64,000 nt of DNA from Candidatus Omnitrophota bacterium. GTDB taxonomy: Bacteria > Omnitrophota > Gorgyraeia > Gygaellales > Profunditerraquicolaceae. The position numbers were made by a program, and so were the translations under genes. This document shows, one piece after another, positions 47,682 to 57,582 of the stretch. Numbering within the stretch: position 1 is the first letter of the stretch; each line of letters opens with the position of its first letter. The stretch is from contig JAQUOD010000001.1 in NCBI GenBank assembly GCA_028717245.1, forward strand, positions 21,514 to 85,513, given 5' to 3'. The notes beneath the pieces are model-generated. The model did no database searches, was not told where the DNA came from, and worked only from the letters and a program-made list of their open reading frames with translations.

Positions 47682-48769
47682 TTATCGGTTTTTTGGGATA
47701 CGCCCGCGCTTTTAAAGGTAGCCATCTGGGTTAAAATCTTTATTGCCGCATCTATTATGTTTATTCCTAAGGCAGCACCCGTGCCTTCTCCCAGCCTTAG
47801 GTTTAAATCCAGAAGGGGCTTAAGGCCCAAATATTCTAATATAACCTTGTGGCCTTTTTCTACTGAACAGTGGCTGGCGATCATGTAATCTTTGGTTTTC
47901 GGTTCTATTTGATAAGCGATTAATGCCGCAGCAGCAGATATAAATCCGTCTATTATTACCGGGACCCTTTTACTTGCGGCTGCTAAAATTATACCGGCCA
48001 GCCCCCCTATCTCAAAGCCGCCTACCTTAGCCAGGATATCGATAGCATCGTCAGGATCGGGTTTATTCAATGCCAAGGCCTTTTTGATAACCCTGATTTT
48101 ATTCTTCATGCCTTTATCGTCAATTCCCGTTCCTTTACCAGTAACATCCGCAACAGGTTTTTTTGTAATTACCGCGGTAATCGCGCTGGCTGCAGTGGTA
48201 TTGCCGATACCCATCTCTCCGGTTCCGATAATATCAATACCTTTTTTCCCGCCGGAGGCGGATCCGCCTTTGACGGAAAATTCATCTGTAAATATTTCTA
48301 TCCCTGCCTCAATAGCTTTTATTGCTTCAGGCCTGGTCATTGCCGGGCCAACTGCCATATTCTTAGTGCCGTAATTTATTTTTTTAATCACAAGGGCCGG
48401 GTGAGGTTTTAAATCCTGGACAACACCCAAGTCCGCCACTATAACCCTTGCTCCGGCATGCCTGGCTAAAACATTTATCCCTGCGCCGCCGCTTAAGAAG
48501 TTATAGACCATTTGCGCGGTGACTTCTTGGGGATACGCGCTTACGCCTTCCCGGGCTACCCCATGGTCAGCCGCAAAAGTAAAGATGGCCTTATTCTTAA
48601 GCTTCGGGTTTTCTTTTGCGGTTATACCTGCAATAAGCCTGGCTAATTCTTCTAATCTCCCCAGGCTCCCAATAGGCTTAGTCAGGTTATTGAGCCTTTC
48701 TTGCGTCAAATCCATAAGCCTTTTGTTAATTTCGGCGATATTACTTAAGGTTTCTTTTAGTTTATCCAT
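47678..48769 (-). CDS. cobT: Nicotinate-nucleotide--dimethylbenzimidazole phosphoribosyltransferase
   Basis: GEMGIGNTT motif and CobT length. Confidence 0.85.
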   Translation of the reverse strand: MDKLKETLSNIAEINKRLMDLTQERLNNLTKPIGSLGRLEELARLIAGITAKENPKLKNKAIFTFAADHGVAREGVSAYPQEVTAQMVYNFLSGGAGINVLARHAGARVIVADLGVVQDLKPHPALVIKKINYGTKNMAVGPAMTRPEAIKAIEAGIEIFTDEFSVKGGSASGGKKGIDIIGTGEMGIGNTTAASAITAVITKKPVADVTGKGTGIDDKGMKNKIRVIKKALALNKPDPDDAIDILAKVGGFEIGGLAGIILAAASKRVPVIIDGFISAAAALIAYQIEPKTKDYMIASHCSVEKGHKVILEYLGLKPLLDLNLRLGEGTGAALGINIIDAAIKILTQMATFKSAGVSQKTDK

Positions 48770-48777
48770 GCCTTGCT

Positions 48778-49296
48778 CTATTTTATTTTTAGGGGGATAC
48801 CCGCAACCATAAAAAATACCTCGTCGGATTCTCTGGCAACGAATTGGTTTATCTTGCCGGCAATATCCCGGAAATCCCTGCCTAGCTTGTTCTTTGGCAC
48901 TATGCCCAAACCCACTTCGTTAGATACGATAATGGCGCTGGCCCTGCTTTTTTTTAATTCGGATAAGACTTTATTTATTTCTTCATAGATAGCCGGTTCC
49001 CGGAGCCCCTTTAGTATTAAATTTGATACCAGAAGCGTCAGGCAGTCCAATAAAATAAGCGGGAATTTTTTAATGATTTTATACAGGAGTTTTGAGATAT
49101 TAACCGGCTCTTCAAAGGTCTGCCAGTTTCTTGGCCTGTTCTTTTTATGCAGATTTATGCGCTTAGCCATTTCCTTATCCAGGGCCTGGCAGGTGGCAAT
49201 AAAGGCAACCTTTCTTTTACCTTTCTTGGCTAACTCAAGGGCATAAGCGCTCTTACCGCTACGCGCGCCGCCGGTAATAAAAATAATTTTAGCCAT
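48778..49296 (-). CDS. cobU: Adenosylcobinamide kinase / adenosylcobinamide-phosphate guanylyltransferase
   Basis: P-loop ITGGARSGKS at N-terminus, ~170 aa. Confidence 0.85.
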   Translation of the reverse strand: MAKIIFITGGARSGKSAYALELAKKGKRKVAFIATCQALDKEMAKRINLHKKNRPRNWQTFEEPVNISKLLYKIIKKFPLILLDCLTLLVSNLILKGLREPAIYEEINKVLSELKKSRASAIIVSNEVGLGIVPKNKLGRDFRDIAGKINQFVARESDEVFFMVAGIPLKIK

Positions 49297-49303
49297 ATTG
49301 ACT

Positions 49304-49936
49304 TTACCCTTTCTTAAATTTTACCGCGTCTATCTTCAGGCCGGATAGATGCGAGATGTCATTGAGGAGCCTGATTTTAATTTTTTTATTCTTTGCGTCC
49401 ATGATAGTGAGGCTGGCTGAATCCGGTATATGTTTCCAGAATTCCTTAGATTTTAATACATGGTTGATGAATGCGCTGATTGCTCCGCCATGGCAGACCA
49501 CCGCGATAGTCTGGTTAGGGTGGCAGAGAATAATCCTTTTGAATGCCTTTACTACGCGTTTTTTAAGTATAGTCAGGCTTTCGCCTGAGGGGATGGCGTT
49601 TGCAAAGGGGTTACCCGCCCATTTTTTATAAATACGGGGGAATTTTTCCATGATTTGTTTATAAGTCAGGCCTTCAAAGATGCCGAAGTGCATCTCCCGT
49701 AAATCCGCGACCTTCTCTACGTCGCGCCCCTTAAAGACTATTTCGGCAGTTTGTATGGCGCGTTTCCTGTCGCTCGCGTATACTTTATGCACGGTTTCAT
49801 TCTTGAGCCTCCTCTGCAGCCTTTTTGCCTGTATCTTCCCTCTTGCGTTTAAGGCTATGTTGATAAAGCCGCAGTATCTCTGTAGAACATTCCAATCTGT
49901 CGAGCCGTGCCGGATAAGAAAGAGCCTGGTAGCCAT
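49304..49936 (-). CDS. cobC: Alpha-ribazole phosphatase (histidine phosphatase family)
   Basis: RHG catalytic motif LIRHGSTDWN. Confidence 0.75.
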   Translation of the reverse strand: MATRLFLIRHGSTDWNVLQRYCGFINIALNARGKIQAKRLQRRLKNETVHKVYASDRKRAIQTAEIVFKGRDVEKVADLREMHFGIFEGLTYKQIMEKFPRIYKKWAGNPFANAIPSGESLTILKKRVVKAFKRIILCHPNQTIAVVCHGGAISAFINHVLKSKEFWKHIPDSASLTIMDAKNKKIKIRLLNDISHLSGLKIDAVKFKKG

Positions 49937-50725
49937 TTATCTCTCTCTTGGGACCAAGACCACATATGGCTTGGAATTAATGGGGTTATTGTTGACTACT
50001 ACAGTTGTCTTATATACTGCTTCTATATTTTGATAAGTCAATACATCGCGGGGAGAACCTTCTTTAAAAATTTTCCCTTCATTCATCAGGACTATCCGGT
50101 TACAATATTCACTGGCTAAGTTTAAGTCATGCAGGACCATAATAATGGTAAGATTATCCTGGCGGTTTAATTTCCGTAATAAATCCAATATCTGTATCTG
50201 ATGGCCTATATCCAGGTGTGAAGTAGGCTCATCTAAGAATAGTAAAAGCGGCTGCTGGGCGAGGGCCTTGGCGATAATCACGCGCTGGCGTTCCCCGGAA
50301 CTTAACTCGTCTATCATTTTTTCTTTTAAATGCAGGGTGTCGGTCATTGCCATTGCCTTCTCGGCAAAAAAATAGTCTTTCTTGGTTTCGGCCTCAAGCC
50401 TCTTAAGGTGCGGGGTCCTTCCCATTAACACGATCTCAAATACGCTAAAGGGAAAATTGACCACGGTATCCTGAGCCACAAAGGCAACAGACTTCGCGAA
50501 CTCTTTCATCGCCATTGAGGCGATATCCCTGCCATGAAAAATAATATTTCCTTTATTGGGTGAAAGTATCTTGCTGGCCAGGCGTAGGAGGGTAGTCTTA
50601 CCGGAGCCATTTGGCCCGATAATCCCCATAAAATCCCCGTGTTTTATATCCAAAGAGATATCCCTTACGATCGTCTCTTTACCGTATCCTCCGCTTAGGT
50701 TATATGTCTTTAGCAAATTACTCAT
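49937..50725 (-). CDS. ABC transporter ATP-binding protein, FecE/BtuD-like (start moved to MSNLLKTYNL, 4-nt overlap with permease)
   Basis: Walker A GPNGSGKTT, signature LSGGERQRV, Walker B LLFLDEPT. Confidence 0.85.
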   Translation of the reverse strand: MSNLLKTYNLSGGYGKETIVRDISLDIKHGDFMGIIGPNGSGKTTLLRLASKILSPNKGNIIFHGRDIASMAMKEFAKSVAFVAQDTVVNFPFSVFEIVLMGRTPHLKRLEAETKKDYFFAEKAMAMTDTLHLKEKMIDELSSGERQRVIIAKALAQQPLLLFLDEPTSHLDIGHQIQILDLLRKLNRQDNLTIIMVLHDLNLASEYCNRIVLMNEGKIFKEGSPRDVLTYQNIEAVYKTTVVVNNNPINSKPYVVLVPRER

Positions 50726-51684
50726 TTTATCCCCTGTTTTACTTTTAACAGGATTATAAATACCGGCGCTCCCAAAAATGCTGTTATGACTCCTATAGGT
50801 ATTTCTAAAGGAGGGAATATTGTGCGCGAGAGTATGTCGCAGGTTATCATGAATATCGCAGCTGCAAGACATGAGACAGGAATAAGGGTTTTATGGTTTG
50901 GGCCTATCAAGAGCCGCATCATATGCGGGACTATCAGCCCCACAAACCCGATTATCCCGCAGACAGAAACAAGCCCGGCGGTGATTAGAGAGACTATCAA
51001 TATAAGGATTTTCTTTACGGCTTCTATGTCTATACCTAAGTGCATCGCTTCTTCTTCGCCAAGGCTTATGGCGTTTAAATCCTGGGAGAATATATAAACC
51101 GCGGCTACCCCAAGCATAACCACGGTACAGATTATTATAAGGAGCGTCCAGTCGTAGACCTGCAGACTTCCCCAGAGCCACCAGGTTATGCCGTGTAACG
51201 CCTCATTCGAACTGGCAGAGATAAGGAATACGATTATAGCTGAAACCGCCACGGAGACAATAACCCCGGAGAGTATTAACGACTGCGGTAATATTTTATT
51301 ATTCTGTTTAGCTAAATTATAAACCAAAACAATGCTTAAGACTGCGCCTATGAATGCTGCCAGAGGCAGGTATATCCCCGATACGCCTAATATGACCGCT
51401 ATTACCGCGCCTAACCCCGCGCCGCTTGAAGTCCCCAATAAGTATGGTTCAGCTAAGGAATTCTTTAAAATTGCCTGCAGGGCTATGCCTGAAACACTCA
51501 AGCCCGCCCCCGCGACTGCCGCAAGGAATATGCGCAAAAGCCTCAAGTTCAATATGGGCCTGTTTCCTTCAAGTAGCAATTCAGAAAAAGGAATATTCAC
51601 CGAGCCGATAAGGGCCCCCGCCAAAATAGCGAATATTAATAATAAAAATAAAAACAGTATTTTATTCCTGAGCTTTCCCGTCAT
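50722..51684 (-). CDS. ABC transporter permease, FecCD/BtuC family
   Basis: ~10 TM helices, FecCD pattern. Confidence 0.85.
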   Translation of the reverse strand: MTGKLRNKILFLFLLLIFAILAGALIGSVNIPFSELLLEGNRPILNLRLLRIFLAAVAGAGLSVSGIALQAILKNSLAEPYLLGTSSGAGLGAVIAVILGVSGIYLPLAAFIGAVLSIVLVYNLAKQNNKILPQSLILSGVIVSVAVSAIIVFLISASSNEALHGITWWLWGSLQVYDWTLLIIICTVVMLGVAAVYIFSQDLNAISLGEEEAMHLGIDIEAVKKILILIVSLITAGLVSVCGIIGFVGLIVPHMMRLLIGPNHKTLIPVSCLAAAIFMITCDILSRTIFPPLEIPIGVITAFLGAPVFIILLKVKQGIK

Positions 51685-52559
51685 GGATAAAACCTCTCGT
51701 GAAGTTCCCTAAGCCCCTCTGTTATGCGCGGGCCCGGGCGCAACAATAAATCAGAATTAATGTCGTTATATATCCTATTATTTCTAACTGCCATTATATT
51801 CCCCCAGCTAAAACGCTTACTCAATGATATTCGCGAGCCTTCTTCGCCCATATAAGCCAAAATGATACATTCAGGGTTACGTTTAATCACCTCTTCCGGG
51901 CTAAATATACTGTATGCCCTTTTTGTATCCTTTGCTATGTTTATCCCTCCTGCCTTGGTAATCAACTCATCAACAAAAGAACCATCTCCCGCGGTAGTCA
52001 GCGGGTCATGCCATATCTCAATAAATACCCTTGGCTTTTTATTTGCGGGTATTGCTGTGACCTTTAAATTTATCTCTTTAATCTCATCCTGCATAGCTTT
52101 GATTAATGCCTTTGCTTCTTTTGGCTTGCCGGTAATCCTGCCTATCTCCATAATAGAGCTAAAGAGCCCGTCCGTGTTCTGCGGGTCAGACACATAGACA
52201 TTTAAATTTAGGCGCCTCAACTCAATGACTACAGATGCCTGCTCAAGCCCCGTACAAAAAATATAGTCAGGCTTTAAAGAAATGATTTTCTCTATATTGG
52301 GATAACTGAATGTGCCGACTTTTTCCTTGCCTTTTGTTTTTGGGGGATAATTACAGTATAAGCTTACCCCTACGATTTCTTCATCTAACCCTAAGGAGAA
52401 TAAGATTTCAGTAGTTGAAGGGGCCAGCGAAATATACCGGGCGGTCTTTTTAGGGACTGTCCCCGCCATGGCTATTTCTGTAAATCCCAAGGGGACTGTC
52501 CCTGATAATAAGCTAATTATTAATAATAGTTTCTTCATATAACAAAAAACCCGCCACAA
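51681..52559 (-). CDS. Periplasmic substrate-binding protein, BtuF-like (cobalamin); start uncertain because paired palindromic repeat overlaps the 5' end
   Basis: RYISLAPSTTEILFSLGL..and class III PBP pattern. Confidence 0.75.
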   Translation of the reverse strand: MWRVFCYMKKLLLIISLLSGTVPLGFTEIAMAGTVPKKTARYISLAPSTTEILFSLGLDEEIVGVSLYCNYPPKTKGKEKVGTFSYPNIEKIISLKPDYIFCTGLEQASVVIELRRLNLNVYVSDPQNTDGLFSSIMEIGRITGKPKEAKALIKAMQDEIKEINLKVTAIPANKKPRVFIEIWHDPLTTAGDGSFVDELITKAGGINIAKDTKRAYSIFSPEEVIKRNPECIILAYMGEEGSRISLSKRFSWGNIMAVRNNRIYNDINSDLLLRPGPRITEGLRELHERFYP

Positions 52560-52562
52560 AAT

Positions 52563-52798
52563 TCGGCGGGTTGCACCCTGCTTTCCTACTTGACCCTTAT
52601 CCGCGAGGTTCTTCTACGCCCTTTAAAAGGCCGGGTTTCGAAGCAACTATTATATAGGTAAGGTCTTCTGACTTAAGGATTGGCCTACTTGCTCTACCTT
52701 CCCGGCTTTTAAGCCAGTGGTATTTTAGAGTTTTCGTACCCTTATACAGCAGCGGGACTGTGGCCGCTTTTACGGCCTTCCCTCACCCATACAACTAT
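52563..52798 (-). ncRNA. Cobalamin riboswitch with intrinsic-terminator expression platform
   Basis: Minus-strand read: GGGTGAGGGAAGGCCGTAAAAGCGGCCACAGTCCCGCTGCTGTA, ACCACTGGC (B12-box-like), CCGGGAAGG, then AACCCGCCGAATTTTGTGGCGGGTTTTTTGTT terminator just before btuF-like start. Confidence 0.7.
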
Positions 52799-52940
52799 CT
52801 AATTTGTAAAAAGAACTCTTACTAATTTTCTATCTAGGGCTATATTAATGCAAATTTATTTTTATGTCAAGAGAAAGTTTCATTAATGAAACTTTCTCTT
52901 GATTCTTAAGGCAATGTGCCGAAGAATCTAATATAATTCT

Positions 52941-53444
52941 TTAAAATTCAATTCCCTTCCTGGCCTTCACGCCCTTTTTATAATAATGTTTGACCTCTTT
53001 TATTTCGCTTACTAAGTCTGCGGCCTTAACGATTTCAGGATGCGCCTGGCGGCCGGTAAGAATCAGTTCTGTTTTTCCGGGAGCGCTTTTAATGAGCGAG
53101 ATAACATCCCTCAATTCCAGAAGCCCGAGTTTTAAGGCCGGGTTGATTTCATCCAATATTACCACATCATAATATCCTGCGCAGATAATTTCTTTCGCTT
53201 TATTTAAGCCGCGTTTGGCTAACTCCCTGTCTTTTTGGGCAGGGTTTTTACGGATAAAAAAGGCCCTTCCGAATTGTTCGACTTTTATATTTTTAAACTT
53301 CTTTATGGCCGTTAATTCACAATAGCAGCCGTTTTTTAAAAACTGGCAGATATAAATTTTTAAACCGCCCCCTGCTGCCCTTAGCGCCTGGCCCAAGGCA
53401 GCCGTAGTTTTTCCTTTGCCGTTACCGGTATATACCTGTATCAA
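52941..53444 (-). CDS. cobO: Cob(I)yrinic acid a,c-diamide adenosyltransferase
   Basis: VYTGNGKGKTTAALG P-loop. Confidence 0.85.
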   Translation of the reverse strand: MIQVYTGNGKGKTTAALGQALRAAGGGLKIYICQFLKNGCYCELTAIKKFKNIKVEQFGRAFFIRKNPAQKDRELAKRGLNKAKEIICAGYYDVVILDEINPALKLGLLELRDVISLIKSAPGKTELILTGRQAHPEIVKAADLVSEIKEVKHYYKKGVKARKGIEF

Positions 53445-53956
53445 TGCACCACCGCTTTCCAGCTGATTATGCCTAATCCAGAGAGGCCAGCGACGATTAA
53501 TCCTGCGCCGATAACCCCACAGATTATAGCGATAAATGCGTATCTAAACCTGATTTTAAATAAAGACGCAGCTACTACCCCGCTCCAGGCCCCTGTTATC
53601 GGTAAAGGTATCGCCACGAATATGGCTAAGCCCAACGCTTCGTATTTTTGCACTGTATCTGCTTTTTTCTTCGTTCGCGTAAAGAGCCAATCGAAGAAAC
53701 GCGACCAGATTTTAAAATTCCGTAGCCTTTTGGAAACGGGCTCTAGAAGAAAAAGCGCCGGCGCAACCGGGATGATGTTGCCTATTACCGCCAGCCAAAA
53801 TGCTTTACCCATAGGCATACCCAGAGATAATGCTAAAGGGATCGCCCCTCTTAGTTCCGATATGGGTAGCGCCCCTACAATCATTACCAGGTATTCTTTA
53901 GGTATATTTTTTAAGCAGTTTATTATTATCTCAAGCATGTTTTTGCCCCCAGCCAT
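53441..53956 (-). CDS. Small membrane protein (COG2426 putative small multidrug export type)
   Basis: 4 TM helices; weak family resemblance. Confidence 0.4.
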   Translation of the reverse strand: MAGGKNMLEIIINCLKNIPKEYLVMIVGALPISELRGAIPLALSLGMPMGKAFWLAVIGNIIPVAPALFLLEPVSKRLRNFKIWSRFFDWLFTRTKKKADTVQKYEALGLAIFVAIPLPITGAWSGVVAASLFKIRFRYAFIAIICGVIGAGLIVAGLSGLGIISWKAVVH

Positions 53957-54581
53957 ATTTGCCTATTAGCGGGACGAATACGCAGCCGCAGATATTTAAG
54001 GGCTGAAGTTTACCTTCCTTCTTTTCCACTAAAGTTAAGGTCTGGCTGAAATTTTCACCCAGCGGCAGGATGAGCTTGCCGTTTTCTCCCAGCTCCTCGG
54101 TTAAAGGCGGCGGGATTTTCGGGCTTGAAGCAGTAACAATAATCTTATCAAAGGGCGCTTCCTCTTTCCAGCCCAAGGTTCCGTCGCCTGCCTTTATTTT
54201 AATATTTTTATACCCTAAGCTGTTAAGTAAAGTTCGCGCCTTTTCTGCCAAAGCCTCAAACCTCTCCACACTATAGACTTCACCTGCCAGTTCTGCAAGA
54301 ATAGCTGTTTGGTAACCTGAACCGGTACCTATTTCCAGTATTTTATCTTTCGGGCTTAAATTTAAACACTCTGTCATTAAGGCAACAATGTAAGGCTGGG
54401 ATATGGTTTGCCCTTCGTCCAGAGGGATGGGAAAATCAGCGTAGGCATTCATTCTTAAATCTTCGGGAACGAATTTATGCCGCTCTACCTTACCAAAGGC
54501 CTCTAATACCTTTTTATCCCTTATCCCGCGGCCGATCAGCTGCTCTTCTACCATGCGTTTTCTTAGGATTTCGTAATCCAT
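53931..54581 (-). CDS. pcm: Protein-L-isoaspartate O-methyltransferase
   Basis: EIGTGSGYQTA SAM motif, PIMT length and N-terminus. Confidence 0.85.
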   Translation of the reverse strand: MDYEILRKRMVEEQLIGRGIRDKKVLEAFGKVERHKFVPEDLRMNAYADFPIPLDEGQTISQPYIVALMTECLNLSPKDKILEIGTGSGYQTAILAELAGEVYSVERFEALAEKARTLLNSLGYKNIKIKAGDGTLGWKEEAPFDKIIVTASSPKIPPPLTEELGENGKLILPLGENFSQTLTLVEKKEGKLQPLNICGCVFVPLIGKYGWGQKHA

Positions 54582-55267
54582 AGCTCTGTGGATATAAATT
54601 TGATAAACCTTAAGGTATCGATGATAGGGTTAATTTGGCTCTTTTCCCCCCTATATATAGTCTTAATAGGCACGGATTCTACTTTAAAACCCAAACGCGC
54701 CGCCTTAATAATTATTTCCGATTCGGTCTCATATTTACGGGTGCGAAGATTTATTTTATCCAACACCTCTTTTTTTATCAGCCGGAATCCGCATTGCGTA
54801 TCAGGAATCTTTTGCCCGGCCAGAGAAGATATGAACCAGGACATAAATTTATTGGTAAAAATCCGCGCTAGCGGCATATCTTTTTTCTTTAGCATCCTGT
54901 TGCCTATCAGGATGCTGCTATCGGAATATTTGGCCAGCCTGACAAAATACGGTATCTCTTCGGGCAGGTGCTGGCCGTCGCCGTCCATAGTTATTACGGC
55001 GTCAAAACCTTTATCAAAAACATAATTAAAGCCACGTATTAAAGATGCGCCTTTACCTTCGTTATCCGGATTACGTAAAACTATGGCGCCGTTCTCTTGC
55101 GCAATCCCACAGGTATTATCAGATGAACCGTCGTCAACCACTACGACCTCCAGGGCCTGTTCTTTGATTTTTTTTATCAGCCCGGCAATGTGATCTACTT
55201 CATTATATGTAGGTATGACTACGCAGATTTTCATATTAGGCGTCTCTCCAGAATTTCCTGAACACAT
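54563..55267 (-). CDS. Family 2 glycosyltransferase (dolichol-phosphate-sugar transferase-like)
   Basis: VVIPTYNE, DDGSSD, DGDGQH motifs. Confidence 0.85.
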   Translation of the reverse strand: MCSGNSGETPNMKICVVIPTYNEVDHIAGLIKKIKEQALEVVVVDDGSSDNTCGIAQENGAIVLRNPDNEGKGASLIRGFNYVFDKGFDAVITMDGDGQHLPEEIPYFVRLAKYSDSSILIGNRMLKKKDMPLARIFTNKFMSWFISSLAGQKIPDTQCGFRLIKKEVLDKINLRTRKYETESEIIIKAARLGFKVESVPIKTIYRGEKSQINPIIDTLRFIKFISTELWITKS

Positions 55268-56096
55268 ACCATTGGTCGGGGTAAGCGCGGATGTAATCTT
55301 GAAAAATATTCCTGTACTGCCCGGTTAAATCTACCAGGTCCTTATCTTTATTGCCCGTGGGGACAAAATTAAGGGGTTTCTCGAATTTCAGGGTGAAACT
55401 GTCATCCGCATTCCTTAACATAAATCCCAGCAATATCCCCGCGCCTGTTTTTATGGAAAGGGCTGCCGGCCCTTGCGGGAAAATTGCCGGCCTGCCGAAG
55501 AAATCCACCGTTATCCCCTTTTCGCTAAAATCCCTGTCGCCAACCAGGGCGAGGACCTTGTTTTCTTTTAAAATATCCAAAGACTGCCTTACGGCTTTGC
55601 CCAGGGGTATAACCTTTACGCCTTTGCTCCCCCTTTGAGAGTTAAAAAAATCATCTACTTTCTTATATTTGTGGGGCAAGGCTACTACCCAGAAAGGATA
55701 CCCCAAAAGGGCGATAACCACCCCTCCTAATTCCCAATTCCCCAAATGGGCAGTGACTACAATAGCCCCTTTGCCTTTAGAGAGGACCTCGTCGATATAA
55801 TGTATGTTTTCTACCTTGACATTTTTTCTTACGTAATCTATATCCAATTTTGAGAAACGGAAGAAATCTACCAGGTATTTGGCGAAATTCCTGAACATCC
55901 TTATCCTTATACCGCGGATTTCCCTGTTTGATTTTTGCGGGAATATCGCCTTTAAATTTTTTGCGGTAATCCCGCGGTCTCTGTAAACGAAGACATAGTG
56001 CAGGTCAGAAAAGAAAACCGCTATGCGATAGGCTGCTTTTAGGGGTAAGGATAAGCTGATAAATTGGCCGATTCTGTATAATATGTAATTAAACAT
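55236..56096 (-). CDS. Lipid A biosynthesis (Kdo2-lipid IVA) acyltransferase, LpxL/HtrB family
   Basis: Lauroyl acyltransferase family length and HxxxxD-like region (AHLGNWE). Confidence 0.7.
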   Translation of the reverse strand: MFNYILYRIGQFISLSLPLKAAYRIAVFFSDLHYVFVYRDRGITAKNLKAIFPQKSNREIRGIRIRMFRNFAKYLVDFFRFSKLDIDYVRKNVKVENIHYIDEVLSKGKGAIVVTAHLGNWELGGVVIALLGYPFWVVALPHKYKKVDDFFNSQRGSKGVKVIPLGKAVRQSLDILKENKVLALVGDRDFSEKGITVDFFGRPAIFPQGPAALSIKTGAGILLGFMLRNADDSFTLKFEKPLNFVPTGNKDKDLVDLTGQYRNIFQDYIRAYPDQWYVFRKFWRDA

Positions 56097-57231
56097 GCCT
56101 AGCGGTTAAATCCAGAATAAATTTAGCTATATCTAAACTTGCGTTGGGCTTGGCGATACCTCCGGCGGCCTCAGCGAGGCGGGCTAATTTTTGGCGGTTT
56201 TCCAGAAGGTCATCAATAATTAAGTGTATATCCTTTGGTTTGTCTATTTTAATCGCCGCCTTCTTGTCCGTCAAATAAGCCGTATTATTTACTTCCTGTC
56301 CGGGTATGGGCTTAACGATAATCATGGGTAGTTTTCTTGCCAATACCTCTGATATGGTTACCCCTCCCGGTTTGGTAATGATAATATCTGAAATACCCAT
56401 AAGTTCATGGATATTATTGACGTAACCGAAGAGTAAAACTTTTTTCTTATATTTCTTTAACCGCATTTTTAGGGATCCGTAAAGTTTTTTATTCGTGCCG
56501 GAAACAACTAATGCCTGAAAGCCTTTTTTTACTTTTTCTAAAGACTTGATGATGGTCTTTATAGGCCCTAACCCCTGTCCCCCGCCCATAATCAATACGG
56601 TAAAGAGCCCGGGGTCAAGATGGAGCCTATGCATAACTTCGTTTTTTAGGATGCCTTCGTTAAATTTGGGGTCAAAAGGAATACCCAGAGGCTTTATTTT
56701 GTCAGGAGGCACGCCCTTTTTGATTAAACGCAGGCTCACCTCTTGTGAGGGAGTGATGTAATAATCTACCTTATCGTAGACCCAGTAAGAATGCGGTATG
56801 TAGTCGGTCAGCACAGCTACCAGGGGGATATCGGAAGCATAGGTTTTTTTAAAATCCGCGGCCATCCCGCAGGGGAAGGCCTGTGTGCAGATGATTGCAT
56901 CCGGCTTAAACTTATCAAAAAGATTCTTTAACTTAGGGGAGTTAAATTTATGGACGACATTTTTAATCTTTTCTATTTTCTTTACTACTGCCGGATTATC
57001 GTAAAGATAATCCCAGATTTTCGGAGTCCGTTTGATTACGGCCATATAGAGGCGGTTGACAATTTTTTCAGAGATGGGATTGGTATAATTGAATCCATCG
57101 ATATTTAGAATTTGCGTATCGGGTTGTAGTATCTTTAAGGCCTTTTCGATTGCCAGGGTAGCGCTGTGGTGGCCGGAGACCTCGGAAATATACATCAATA
57201 TTATACGTTTGGCTTCTTTAACGTCTGGCAT
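56089..57231 (-). CDS. GT28-family diacylglycerol glycosyltransferase (MGDG synthase/UgtP-like)
   Basis: N-terminal GHHS motif region, C-terminal GT-B nucleotide-sugar binding pattern. Confidence 0.7.
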   Translation of the reverse strand: MPDVKEAKRIILMYISEVSGHHSATLAIEKALKILQPDTQILNIDGFNYTNPISEKIVNRLYMAVIKRTPKIWDYLYDNPAVVKKIEKIKNVVHKFNSPKLKNLFDKFKPDAIICTQAFPCGMAADFKKTYASDIPLVAVLTDYIPHSYWVYDKVDYYITPSQEVSLRLIKKGVPPDKIKPLGIPFDPKFNEGILKNEVMHRLHLDPGLFTVLIMGGGQGLGPIKTIIKSLEKVKKGFQALVVSGTNKKLYGSLKMRLKKYKKKVLLFGYVNNIHELMGISDIIITKPGGVTISEVLARKLPMIIVKPIPGQEVNNTAYLTDKKAAIKIDKPKDIHLIIDDLLENRQKLARLAEAAGGIAKPNASLDIAKFILDLTARHV

Positions 57232-57351
57232 ATTAAAGTTTTTTAATTCGGGTATATTATCGATAATTTTTACCTTATCTATCTATTTATATTTACGATA
57301 ATACAGTATAGCCCTATGTTGTCAAGCGATTTCTGGACGCAGGTTTATCTA

Positions 57352-57582
57352 CTACTCTTCAATGGTACCCAGAACTTCGCCTACATTTACGCTGTCGCCT
57401 TCATGGAAGAAAACTTCCGAAAGCACTCCGGATGAGGGGCTGGGGAGATTAAATGTAGCTTTATCGGTGGTAAGCTCCACCAGATCGTCTTTTTCGTTGA
57501 CTCTCTCCCCTTCTTTAAAAAACCAGTAAGATAGCGTTGCCTTTTCAATACCTTCTCCCAATTCCGGCAGAATTACTTTAAC
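57352..57582 (-). CDS. Stand-alone lipoyl-attachment domain protein (probable start MVKVILPELGEG)
   Basis: Lipoyl-lysine motif TDKATF, PELGEG N-terminus typical of E2 lipoyl domains. Confidence 0.65.
   Translation of the reverse strand, partial: VKVILPELGEGIEKATLSYWFFKEGERVNEKDDLVELTTDKATFNLPSPSSGVLSEVFFHEGDSVNVGEVLGTIEE

Noticed and set aside
52451-52559. Alternative start for btuF-like gene at MAGTVPKK
   Set aside because: Would remove the signal peptide needed for a periplasmic binding protein; kept the upstream start but flagged uncertainty because the palindromic pair overlaps it
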